Assembly (NCBI GenBank): GCA_019721075.1
Contig: JAHEAD010000001.1
Location: forward strand, 1 to 64,000
DNA from: Candidatus Sysuiplasma jiujiangense
GTDB lineage: Archaea; Thermoplasmatota; Thermoplasmata; Sysuiplasmatales; Sysuiplasmataceae
DNA length: 64,000 nucleotides
Direction of reading: 5' to 3'
Shown: positions 18,341 through 26,931 of the stretch, one piece after another
Layout of the letters: each line of letters starts with the position of its first letter
How positions within the stretch are numbered: the stretch's first letter is position 1
Notes under the pieces: generated by a model
What the model saw: only the letters and a program-made list of their open reading frames with translations
Told to the model about the DNA's origin: nothing
Databases searched by the model: none
Translations under genes and position numbers: made by a program

Positions 18341-18553
18341 GCCTTCATTGTATCTTATTTTTTGTTATTACTCAGCTTTTCTGTAAATGAGGAAATTACA
18401 GCAGATCCGGTACATTGTCCTTCACACTGAATTATGTACCAGATTACTGAATGCAACTGGTCTCTGTTACAAAAGCCGATGAACTCGGAGTGAGATGTTC
18501 ATGCTCATACCCATTCCGCAATTCGTGAGTTTACAATCGTCCTACCACCGATT

Positions 18554-18970
18554 TCATGAAGGGCCTGTTCCCCCCTTCACATTGTCGCTTTCCTGGACGG
18601 GCAAGACGTCACGCTTTTGTTCCATGATTGAATTTGTGAATCTGTTCATAAACTTGAGATACCTGGTTATCTCATTTTCTCCTTTCTCAGTGATTTTCAC
18701 GATGGTTCTGGGTCCGCCCATCCTGATGAATCCATGTTCAATATTCACGTAACCATTTCTTTCAAGTATGTTCAAACTGGAATTGAGGGAACTTTTCGAT
18801 ATTTTGACCGCCATAAGAAGATCCGTGAATGTCGCACGTCTGAGGGCAAGCAGCACGACCATTATTCCCACCCTGGTCGGATTGGTGAACGGGCCCATAC
18901 TGGCAAGCTCTTCTACAAGATTCATTCCCTGCTCTCTCCCTGTGTCCTCTTCATCCGCCTTCATACTCAA
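18554..18970 (-). CDS. ArsR/winged-helix transcriptional regulator
   Basis: NPTRVGIM...TFTDL...SKSSLNSSLNILERNGYV...PRTIVKITEKG. Confidence 0.8.
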   Translation of the reverse strand: MSMKADEEDTGREQGMNLVEELASMGPFTNPTRVGIMVVLLALRRATFTDLLMAVKISKSSLNSSLNILERNGYVNIEHGFIRMGGPRTIVKITEKGENEITRYLKFMNRFTNSIMEQKRDVLPVQESDNVKGGTGPS

Positions 18971-19631
18971 ACAGGAACTCCTCCGGAGCGCTGTAGAGAG
19001 ATTTTAAGCTCGCAAATGTGAAAAATGGCAGAGCGAATACAAAACCCTCAAGACCTATTCCGGGAAAAATGACGAGAAATGCAGCGATCGCGAGGCTTGC
19101 TGAAAAAACCCAGTCCTCCGTCTTGAACTCAACTATTATGCTTCCCTTCTTACTGAAACCGCGGTGCCATTTTACAAGAATCAGAATGACCCAAATCAGC
19201 GGGAACCAGACAGCGATATCTACATAACCAAAACCAAGCAGGATGATGAAAACCAGCCATGGCCATATCCTGTTGGAGTACGTTCTGATGATCGCAACTC
19301 TCCCTTTCCGTTCTCTTTCCGTCTCCCTATCTTCGAGTAGAGACATAGTGTATTCCATTCTGCCGAACGCGACGAAACCTGAAATCCTGGATAAGTACCA
19401 TACAGCAAAACCGCCCGCAATCCAGACTATTCCGAGCAGGACAAGTGAGTTAAACAATAAATCAAGTAAAAATGACGCCATCACTAGAATTGAGAAGGAA
19501 CCGTAAAAAACTCCTATTCCCCTCCTGGCCCTGAATCTGAAGATTCTGATGGCCATTTCACCGGCATCATGCCTGTATCTTTCAAATTCGGTTCTCTCCG
19601 CATGCTTCCGATACACTGCATCATCTGTCAA
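18951..19631 (-). CDS. Multi-pass membrane protein coupled to the wHTH regulator
   Basis: About 6 hydrophobic segments. The ORF-track start (19835) overlaps the divergent gene, so TTG at ~19631 is a more plausible start. Confidence 0.6.
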   Translation of the reverse strand: MTDDAVYRKHAERTEFERYRHDAGEMAIRIFRFRARRGIGVFYGSFSILVMASFLLDLLFNSLVLLGIVWIAGGFAVWYLSRISGFVAFGRMEYTMSLLEDRETERERKGRVAIIRTYSNRIWPWLVFIILLGFGYVDIAVWFPLIWVILILVKWHRGFSKKGSIIVEFKTEDWVFSASLAIAAFLVIFPGIGLEGFVFALPFFTFASLKSLYSAPEEFLFEYEGG

Positions 19632-19779
19632 CAGACCTGTCCTTCCTGCTGTTTCGAGTCTATCATTCGCCAGTACCTCAAGTACAGTATGACCCCTATT
19701 AATCCCGCTGTCAATGTTCGTGAGATGAACTCTGCTTTCCCATCTTATATCACCCCCAATACTGTCCCTCACGGATAAC

Positions 19780-20661
19780 ATGAAACCAAATGAAAACACC
19801 GGGAGGCGCTTCTCGTTGCGCAGGATGTGGAGCATCTCATGCTATGAAATGAAGTGGGATTTCAAAAAGAAGAAGGTACTCTTTGCAGTCTCATTTGTTG
19901 CAGTGGCTGCAATACTTGCAGGCATATTTTTCAAGTACGTTTTCAACTCCGAGATCGTGTCAGAACCCGGCTATCTATGGGACAATATCATCCTGTTCAT
20001 AACAAACGGGTTCGTATCAGGCATCTTTCCGATGATTATCGCGGGCGCCGTTTCGGTTGACTCCATAGCATGGGAATTTGACAGGAATACCATTCAGCCT
20101 CTGCTATCGCAACCCGTCACAAGGAGTGAAGTTTATTTCGGGAAGTTTTTTGAAAAATTCCTCTTACTCACTGCAATATCAATTCTTCTTGTCGTTCTGT
20201 CCGTCGTCATATCGGAGTTTGTTGCGGGAAGCCAGGGGCACCTGTTGTGGGTTGTGCCTGTTGCATTTGGATTTCTGCTCGAACTCATGCTCTTTGTTGC
20301 GCTCGCCTTCCTGCTCGGTGCACTCGTCAGGCAATCAGGTTTCATGATGATCATGGTAGCAGGAGTTTATTTTGTAGCCCTGATATCCGATCTATTCCTG
20401 GAAATCAAGGAGGGAGTTCGCCTCTGGATGAGCCTGCTTCCTTTGACATCCTCCAATATGATAATTCCGGCCATGCAGCATTTTTCACTTTCACCAACCG
20501 AAAACGTTTATCTTTCCGTCAACATAGGATCCATGACAGGAGGAGCTTATTTGCCGGTGGCCCCGCTCCTGGCATATTCTGTTGCGGCTACACTGCTTAC
20601 TGTTTTGGCCCTTCTGTTGTCTGGTTTTCTTGTATTTTCAAGGTTGGAGATAAAGGGGTGA
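19780..20661 (+). CDS. ABC-2 type exporter permease
   Basis: DSIAWEFDRNTIQPLLSQPVTRSEVYFGKF signature; about 6 TMs. Confidence 0.85.
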   Translation: MKPNENTGRRFSLRRMWSISCYEMKWDFKKKKVLFAVSFVAVAAILAGIFFKYVFNSEIVSEPGYLWDNIILFITNGFVSGIFPMIIAGAVSVDSIAWEFDRNTIQPLLSQPVTRSEVYFGKFFEKFLLLTAISILLVVLSVVISEFVAGSQGHLLWVVPVAFGFLLELMLFVALAFLLGALVRQSGFMMIMVAGVYFVALISDLFLEIKEGVRLWMSLLPLTSSNMIIPAMQHFSLSPTENVYLSVNIGSMTGGAYLPVAPLLAYSVAATLLTVLALLLSGFLVFSRLEIKG

Positions 20662-20665
20662 CTGC

Positions 20666-21598
20666 TTGGCGGAAATAATGAAAATCTCCAACCTTTGCAA
20701 GATGTATACCTCCGGTTCCGGCATTACCGATGTGAACATGAACCTCTTAGATGGGACAATTCACGGCTTCCTTGGACTCAACGGTTCGGGCAAAACGACC
20801 ACCATGAAGTGTGTCATGGGCCTGCTGAAGAAAGATGGTGGAACAATAGAGTATGAGGGAAAACTGTTCGATCCAATGAATGTTGCCGATAGATCGCATA
20901 TCGGTTTCTCTTCAGATTTGCCATTTTACCTTCCCTACCTGACAGGATTCGAGCTGATGTCGGTATACGGAAGAATCAGGGGAATCTCAAAGGAGCAGAG
21001 CAGGATGGACGCGCAGGAGTTCCTGAAACTAGTCGGCCTTCATGAGGAAGTCAACAAGCAGGTGGGAAGTTACAGCAGGGGCATGATGGCAAAACTAGGC
21101 ATTGGAGTTTCACTGCTGGGGGATCCTGATTTGCTCATTCTTGATGAACCGACCTCGGGAATGGATCCATTGGCCTCCGCGAACATTAGGAAACTTCTTT
21201 CCGAACTGAAGAAGAGAGGGAAGAGTATCCTGTTCTCTTCGCATCAGCTGGGCGAAGTCCAGGCTTTGTGTGATAATGTCACCATAATCGACAGGGGGAA
21301 GACAATACTGGAAGGATCTGTTCAGGACTTATCAAGGAGATTGGGGAAGAACTTCTGCTACATCGCCGAATTCAAGGATCTCCCTTTTGATCTGCTCATT
21401 GAAATAAGGAAACTGGATGGAGTGAAGGAATGCAATACAGTCGATGGAAAGCGCAACCTGGTCAAAATTACTCTTTCAGGTGAAATGGAGTTAAGGGAAG
21501 AATTGGCAAGGCTGGCATTCAAGCACGGAAGCGTTATGCTTTCATGCACCACATCATATACATCGCTAGAGGAGATGTTCCTCTCCCTGATTGGTTGA
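20666..21598 (+). CDS. ABC exporter ATP-binding protein
   Basis: GLNGSGKTT, YSRGM, LILDEPTSG and SSH. Confidence 0.92.
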   Translation: MAEIMKISNLCKMYTSGSGITDVNMNLLDGTIHGFLGLNGSGKTTTMKCVMGLLKKDGGTIEYEGKLFDPMNVADRSHIGFSSDLPFYLPYLTGFELMSVYGRIRGISKEQSRMDAQEFLKLVGLHEEVNKQVGSYSRGMMAKLGIGVSLLGDPDLLILDEPTSGMDPLASANIRKLLSELKKRGKSILFSSHQLGEVQALCDNVTIIDRGKTILEGSVQDLSRRLGKNFCYIAEFKDLPFDLLIEIRKLDGVKECNTVDGKRNLVKITLSGEMELREELARLAFKHGSVMLSCTTSYTSLEEMFLSLIG

Positions 21599-22035
21599 CA
21601 TGGGTCGCCGGATTACATGCAAAAATACTGCAGAGATACTACAGCGCCACATTTTCACTGGCCCCTTTACTGAATTGCCATACATGCCTGTCACGCAATG
21701 CAGGCGATGCTGTCCGCTCATTTACCGCATCGGGTACTCTTCACTCCATGTTTTAGTGCCTGGAAGGGCAAAGGGTCAGAGTTGGAATTTTAACGCGAAA
21801 AATCCTGATTATTCACAGCCTCTCCACAAACGGGAAGAGCGGCAATCCCGAGAGGCCAGACTGCTTTGCCGGCGCTCTTGCTGTCCCCGGCCAGCCGGAT
21901 ATAATATCTTCTTTCAGCAGTTCATGCATTTTGCCTGAGGCTCCTATGTAATCGACAGCTTCAGACCATAACGTCTATTGAACGATTATCCGGTTCTGCA
22001 AATGGCACCTGGTTGGCATATTTAAGCATAACAAT

Positions 22036-22066
22036 GGTATCACTCAAGTATACAAATAGTAATACC
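22036..22066. promoter_or_regulatory. Imperfect palindrome GGTATCACT...AGTAATACC, candidate toxin-antitoxin operator
   Basis: Immediately downstream of a TATA-like tttaag (22021) and upstream of the vapB remnant. Confidence 0.45.
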
Positions 22067-22074
22067 TGACCTTA

Positions 22075-22141
22075 ATGCAGGAAGCGGCTATCCGTGAAGG
22101 ACGTAGTCGGAGTTGTGCGCGAGACAAGGGATGAGTATTGA
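22075..22141 (+). pseudogene. Collapsed VapB antitoxin remnant
   Basis: Frame 22079-22141 reads RKRLSVKDVVGVVRETRDEY*, and its TGA overlaps the vapC TTG (TTGA). ATG 22075 is out of frame and an in-frame TAA lies just upstream. Confidence 0.55.
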
Positions 22142-22587
22142 CACGTGATGCCCGGCCATCACGGAAGGGCCCAACTGCGGACGGCAGCCTGTTCGATGCA
22201 TCGGCGATTATCAATCTCCTGATTTCTCGCGGTAATCGCATTATAGACCTGCTGACAGGAAACTGGATTCTGGATCTGACTGTCTATGAAGTGGGTAATG
22301 AAATATGGAAGATGAATAAGATTCACCGGAAAATATCATCATCTGAAGCAGACATACTGCTTGAGAGTTTGCTCAGCATCGCAGCAGACAGAATGAAACT
22401 CGTCCCTTCAGCCGCGATCGACCATCTGTCCAGCCTGGGCTTAGCCAGGGAGGAAAGGCTGAGCTTCTGCGATGCCTCCTATCTTTCTGCGGCAATTGAA
22501 AGAGAACTGGTTCCTGTCACAGACGACAGGAGGCTCTTTGAGGCGGCAGGAAAACATGTGAAAGTTCGGGCATCAACGGAAGTCTGA
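22138..22587 (+). CDS. vapC: VapC PIN-domain ribonuclease toxin
   Basis: Acidic tetrad: LFDASA, YEVGN, FCDASY and VTDD. Confidence 0.88.
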   Translation: MTRDARPSRKGPTADGSLFDASAIINLLISRGNRIIDLLTGNWILDLTVYEVGNEIWKMNKIHRKISSSEADILLESLLSIAADRMKLVPSAAIDHLSSLGLAREERLSFCDASYLSAAIERELVPVTDDRRLFEAAGKHVKVRASTEV

Positions 22588-22813
22588 ACCTGTGCCAGAG
22601 CAATGGAAGAGACAATCCGTATGACACGGAATATGGATGACCCAGTAGTCCCGCATAGGGAAATTACTGCACTGGCGCTGTTTTTTGATGTGAGAGTGCA
22701 ATCCGCTGTTTGGAGGCAATGGGATGCACTCCACTGAATATGTAAACGAAAGAAAGCTTGAGAGCTTTGTGCTCAAGCGGTTTGAACGCCATTTTCAGGT
22801 GCCTGCAGGCCAG

Positions 22814-23218
22814 TCATAGCCACAGCGTATCTTCCAGATCCTTGAAATGTTGATCGCCCGTCAGGACCCTGGCCTGATTTACACGGGCAAATGCCAGGAC
22901 TATACCGTCGAAAAGACCGGGTTTTGTAAGTGATTTCTCTTTTGCGTTCTTTTCAAGCAACAAATACATCTTGGCAGATTCAACCGCAGTTGCTGAATCA
23001 ATCCCCAAGATCTCTGACGTTTCGGAAATGGTCTCGAGCCTTTCCATGGCTTTATTCTCATCGGCTCCTTCTCTCATATATTTCCTGGCCACTTCGGATA
23101 GCACTATATCTGGTGTAAGGACTTCATCTGCCTCTTCGATTGCCGCCAGCGCTCTTCTTCCCTTTTGAGTGCCCGAAAAGATTTCAATCCACGCGTACGA
23201 GTCAATAACGATCTTCAC
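22814..23218 (-). CDS. vapC: VapC PIN-domain toxin
   Basis: VIDSYAWIE, VLSEV, LFDGIV and LTGDQHF. Confidence 0.9.
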   Translation of the reverse strand: MKIVIDSYAWIEIFSGTQKGRRALAAIEEADEVLTPDIVLSEVARKYMREGADENKAMERLETISETSEILGIDSATAVESAKMYLLLEKNAKEKSLTKPGLFDGIVLAFARVNQARVLTGDQHFKDLEDTLWL

Positions 23219-23408
23219 CGCGATCAGTCTCGGCGAATTGCTTTATTTTTCCCTTGTCCAGGCTGAATGCCTCTGCCAAAAGTGCCTTTCTGCGTTGTTT
23301 GATAAGTTCCCTGACTGTGTCATCCAGCGTACGTTTTCCAAGAATGCGCTGCAACTGGCCAAGGCTCTTCAGGGTGTTTTTCGAAACCTTGATCGTAGTG
23401 CTGTCCAT
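23202..23408 (-). CDS. vapB: VapB-type antitoxin (RHH-like)
   Basis: MDSTTIKVSKNT...TLDDTVREL; overlaps the vapC start. ATG at 23408 is preferred over the ORF-track start at 23465. Confidence 0.8.
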   Translation of the reverse strand: MDSTTIKVSKNTLKSLGQLQRILGKRTLDDTVRELIKQRRKALLAEAFSLDKGKIKQFAETDRGEDRY

Positions 23409-23673
23409 AGTTAGGTATACAATATACAAATATATCACATTATTGATGTACGATATTGTGGCCATAAAGGGTTAGGCAATGGGTGCCGCGGATACGTCTA
23501 TTTCTGAAACATGACCGACATTCCGTTTGACGGGAGCATCGTCAGCCGTGCTGTGCCGCCTGCGCCTGCCTCGCAGCCTGCGCCTCATCCCACAGTTTAT
23601 CCGTATCTCGGTCATATACGGACTGCTCAAATAGCCGCATTACTTTCGAGGAATGCTATAATATGACTTTCCT

Positions 23674-25284
23674 TCAGTCGCCTCTTGTGAACCTGACAAG
23701 CGCCAGGAGAAAGGGAATGACAATCCATGCCAGTCCAACAGCGACGACAGAAAATAGAGTGATGCCCAGCTGTGCTGCCGTATATGTGCCGCCAATGAAG
23801 AACAGCCCGCTTACGGTAGAACCCGAAAGATAATCTGTCAGGGAACTGAAGCCCGCAGGCGATATGTAATCGAGTTTTATTATCGAAGAAGCATACGCGA
23901 GAGTTCCAACCGGTTGTCTGATGATGACAGATGATATTATAAGCGGTATCAGCGGAAGAGGGAATACCCATAACAGCACGAGGACTACGAACAGTCCTAT
24001 AGCTACTCCGATTATCTGGCCAGAAGACTTCAGAAACATTGATGCAAGATACACAATCCCGACGAATGCTCCGGTCATCACGAGGAGAGACCAGAGCGCA
24101 AGGATAAGAGTGCTTGAAGGAATATAAATTCCAAGATAATGTTCGTATATCAGGGAAGTGACGCCAAGCGCAAGTGCGGATGCAATCGTAACAGAAACTA
24201 TATTGGAGACAAATCTCGATGTCATCAGTGCCCTGCGCGATATCGGTCTTACAATCACGGAAGCAAGAGCACCTGTCGCCCTGTCTTTTCCAAAAGTCTG
24301 ATATGCGGATACAGTTGCTATCAGAGGAACAAAGAAGCTGAGAATCGGCAGATCTGAAAGGAAGAATATCTGATTCACACCTGCAACGGAATAAGTGTTA
24401 AGCAGTTGAGTTTCCACCCAAGCAAGTTCCGTGCCGTTTGAGTCGAAGAGTTCGAACACATAGGATGTCGTGTTTGTGTGTTTTGTGAGATTGTAGGGCA
24501 CTATATCAATAAGTGGGGAACTCGTATAAACCGAATAAAGTTTCATCTGGCTTTCATTGTAGTTTGCAGGAAATCCCGGTCCGGTTTTCTGCTGCCCGTT
24601 TGTGTATATAACCGTACCGGTACCCGTGAACTGGGAAGTTGAATTAGGCATCGCCCTGTAATAAAGGTAAACAGGAGGAGCATTTTTCACATCAGCAGCA
24701 TTGTAAAACAGGAGAAGACCGTTGAGTTGTGGCGAATTCTGGACACTGAAAGTGCTGAATGAATATCTGGAATAGGAGAATGTAAGATTTGTGGAGCCGG
24801 AAGGACCATACTCCTTGAGGCTGGTGTTTGTGAAGTAAGGGTCGGTCTGGTTCTGGTAAACCTGGATCTTAAAGTAACCGCCACCATATCCTGGCGAATT
24901 CTGGCCGCTATAGCTGTAAGTTATACCGCCTTCCGTTTGGTTTGGCGACGTGATGCCCAGTTCCTGGTCTGTAACCCGGCTGAAGGTGGTGTTGGCAAAT
25001 CCGAGGCTGTTGGTTTCGACACTAGTATTGTTGTTTCCGATAAAGTATGTAACTTTGGATCCTGAAACAGGGAAACCGTAGTTGTTGTAGAGGAGTACGG
25101 TTACATTATATGTCCCGTTGCTCCCCCAGCCGTAAGCCTCGCTGCTTACAAACACACTCACGTTGGAGTTTCCGCTTGCGGCAGACACAGCGATGAGTGC
25201 AGGTATGACAATCATCAGAGATAGCACGATAAGTGCGGATTTGCTTGTGAGCACCCTCCTGATCTCATAGATTATCGGTTTCAC
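23674..25284 (-). CDS. ABC-2 permease with a large extracellular Ser/Thr/Asn-rich domain
   Basis: N-terminal TM, ~270-aa loop with many N-x-S/T sequons, DRATGALASVIVRPISR signature and C-terminal TMs. Confidence 0.82.
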   Translation of the reverse strand: MKPIIYEIRRVLTSKSALIVLSLMIVIPALIAVSAASGNSNVSVFVSSEAYGWGSNGTYNVTVLLYNNYGFPVSGSKVTYFIGNNNTSVETNSLGFANTTFSRVTDQELGITSPNQTEGGITYSYSGQNSPGYGGGYFKIQVYQNQTDPYFTNTSLKEYGPSGSTNLTFSYSRYSFSTFSVQNSPQLNGLLLFYNAADVKNAPPVYLYYRAMPNSTSQFTGTGTVIYTNGQQKTGPGFPANYNESQMKLYSVYTSSPLIDIVPYNLTKHTNTTSYVFELFDSNGTELAWVETQLLNTYSVAGVNQIFFLSDLPILSFFVPLIATVSAYQTFGKDRATGALASVIVRPISRRALMTSRFVSNIVSVTIASALALGVTSLIYEHYLGIYIPSSTLILALWSLLVMTGAFVGIVYLASMFLKSSGQIIGVAIGLFVVLVLLWVFPLPLIPLIISSVIIRQPVGTLAYASSIIKLDYISPAGFSSLTDYLSGSTVSGLFFIGGTYTAAQLGITLFSVVAVGLAWIVIPFLLALVRFTRGD

Positions 25285-26198
25285 GATGCCTCCCTCGTGA
25301 GCTGAAGGAAATACTCTTCAAGGCTCTCCCTCTCTATACCGAAATGAGACAGCCTGTAACCGCCCGCGATCAATGCAGCGCTAACCTCTTCGGTTGCCGC
25401 CTGCGAATCATCGATACCTGAAACTACGACTTCGCCACCAACAACAACAGGAGCTCCGAATTTTGACAGCAGTCCCAAAAGATTGGCATCAACTTTATCT
25501 ACCTTTAACCTCAGCAATGGCCTGCCAAGTTTCTTCATCGAATCCCTGGTCAGTGTCCGGAGCACTTTACCTCTGTGAAGTATGATCACCCTGTCAGCCA
25601 GATCCTGGAGGACGCTAAGTATGTGTGTTGAAAGCAGTATTGCCTTTCCCTCATTCCTGAATCGAATGAGCAGATTCCTGACATAGCTTATTCCTTCCGG
25701 GTCCAGCCCGTTAAGCATCTCATCCAGCAGATAATTTCCAGGATCGGAAAGCATTGCAGAGGCCAGCCCAAAACGTTTCTTCATTCCCTGGGAATATGTT
25801 CTGATTTTCATATCAAGCGCACGTTCCAGGCCGACAGCCTTCAGCACTTCGGTTATCCTCTGACCCGCTTCCCCGGAGGGCATATCGTAGAAACCGGCGA
25901 AATACTGCATGAGCAACACAGGTTTGGCGTTCTGCTCGAAACTTGGATACTCTGAGACCCAGCCCACAGTTCTGGATGCGCGCGCCTTCTCTCTAACTAT
26001 GTCAAAACCGTCCACTAGAATCCTGCCGGCTGATGGCAGAACGATACCTGTAATAGCGTTTATTGTTGTCGTCTTGCCGGCACCATTGAGACCGGCAAGC
26101 CCGACTATCTCGCCGTCGTTCACCCTGAAGCTTATTTCGCTGACCGCCGGCTGACTGCGTCTCCCATACAGTTTGGAAAATCCTTCTACTTCTATCAA
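25281..26198 (-). CDS. ABC exporter ATP-binding protein
   Basis: GLNGAGKTT, YSQGM, LLDE and STH. Confidence 0.92.
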   Translation of the reverse strand: MIEVEGFSKLYGRRSQPAVSEISFRVNDGEIVGLAGLNGAGKTTTINAITGIVLPSAGRILVDGFDIVREKARASRTVGWVSEYPSFEQNAKPVLLMQYFAGFYDMPSGEAGQRITEVLKAVGLERALDMKIRTYSQGMKKRFGLASAMLSDPGNYLLDEMLNGLDPEGISYVRNLLIRFRNEGKAILLSTHILSVLQDLADRVIILHRGKVLRTLTRDSMKKLGRPLLRLKVDKVDANLLGLLSKFGAPVVVGGEVVVSGIDDSQAATEEVSAALIAGGYRLSHFGIERESLEEYFLQLTREAS

Positions 26199-26931
26199 CG
26201 GTGACGCTTAACGGCCTCGAGCGTAAAAGAGTTTTCCATGGGGAGAGGTGCGACACATATTTCGCAAATATCTGGATAATATTGGAACAGCCATGCCAGC
26301 ACCTTACTTCCATCTTAAGAATTCTGCGGAAAGCGTAAGATCCGGGTAATTTGGTGTAACCCTCAGAAATGACTGGTGACTGTTTCAGGATCGTATCAAA
26401 GTCATTCAACAGACCTGCGAATATTTCCGTAGATAGCTTACACAACGAAAGTCAAGAACCTGCATTAGCTTAAACAGTCATAATCGGGCTCTTTCAACGC
26501 ACGGCATTCAGCGAGAGCTGGCAGCTTGCAATCACGCGTCATGCATTTGCTCAGGCCATTGCTCCGGATTCCGGGCGGAAACAGTTTCATGCAATATGGA
26601 TTGTGGCCCGTTGACTGTACGAAACCGACTTAGCATATCGGCGGTATAAAACCTGCCAAAATAGCCGCATCTTTCAAGGTTGGTCATAGAACACCCGGTC
26701 TATATTCGCACCGATCTGTCAACTCAGCATAGACGAGACCTTCTGTCACAATATTCTTTGCCGGCAGATGAGTTGAAACAAGACCGTCTGTCTTCTCGTG
26801 GCCGGCAGTGATGGTTCAAGCAGAATTCTGGTAATGCCCAGCCAGTTTTTTCCGTCGCGAATCTCCTGTTCGGTCTCAGGGGATAGAACAGAAGGAGGGG
26901 AAGAAGTTTGTAGTTCATGAGACGCCGGTCC

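Noticed and set aside
19632..19835. Head-to-head overlap of the 294-aa and 293-aa ORFs
   Set aside because: Most likely an over-extended start call. A TTG near 19631 leaves a normal divergent promoter gap.
26002..26930. 147-aa ORF and small ORFs upstream of the ABC ATPase
   Set aside because: The 147-aa ORF overlaps the ATPase out of frame and has no motifs. No repeat or RNA structure was convincing.
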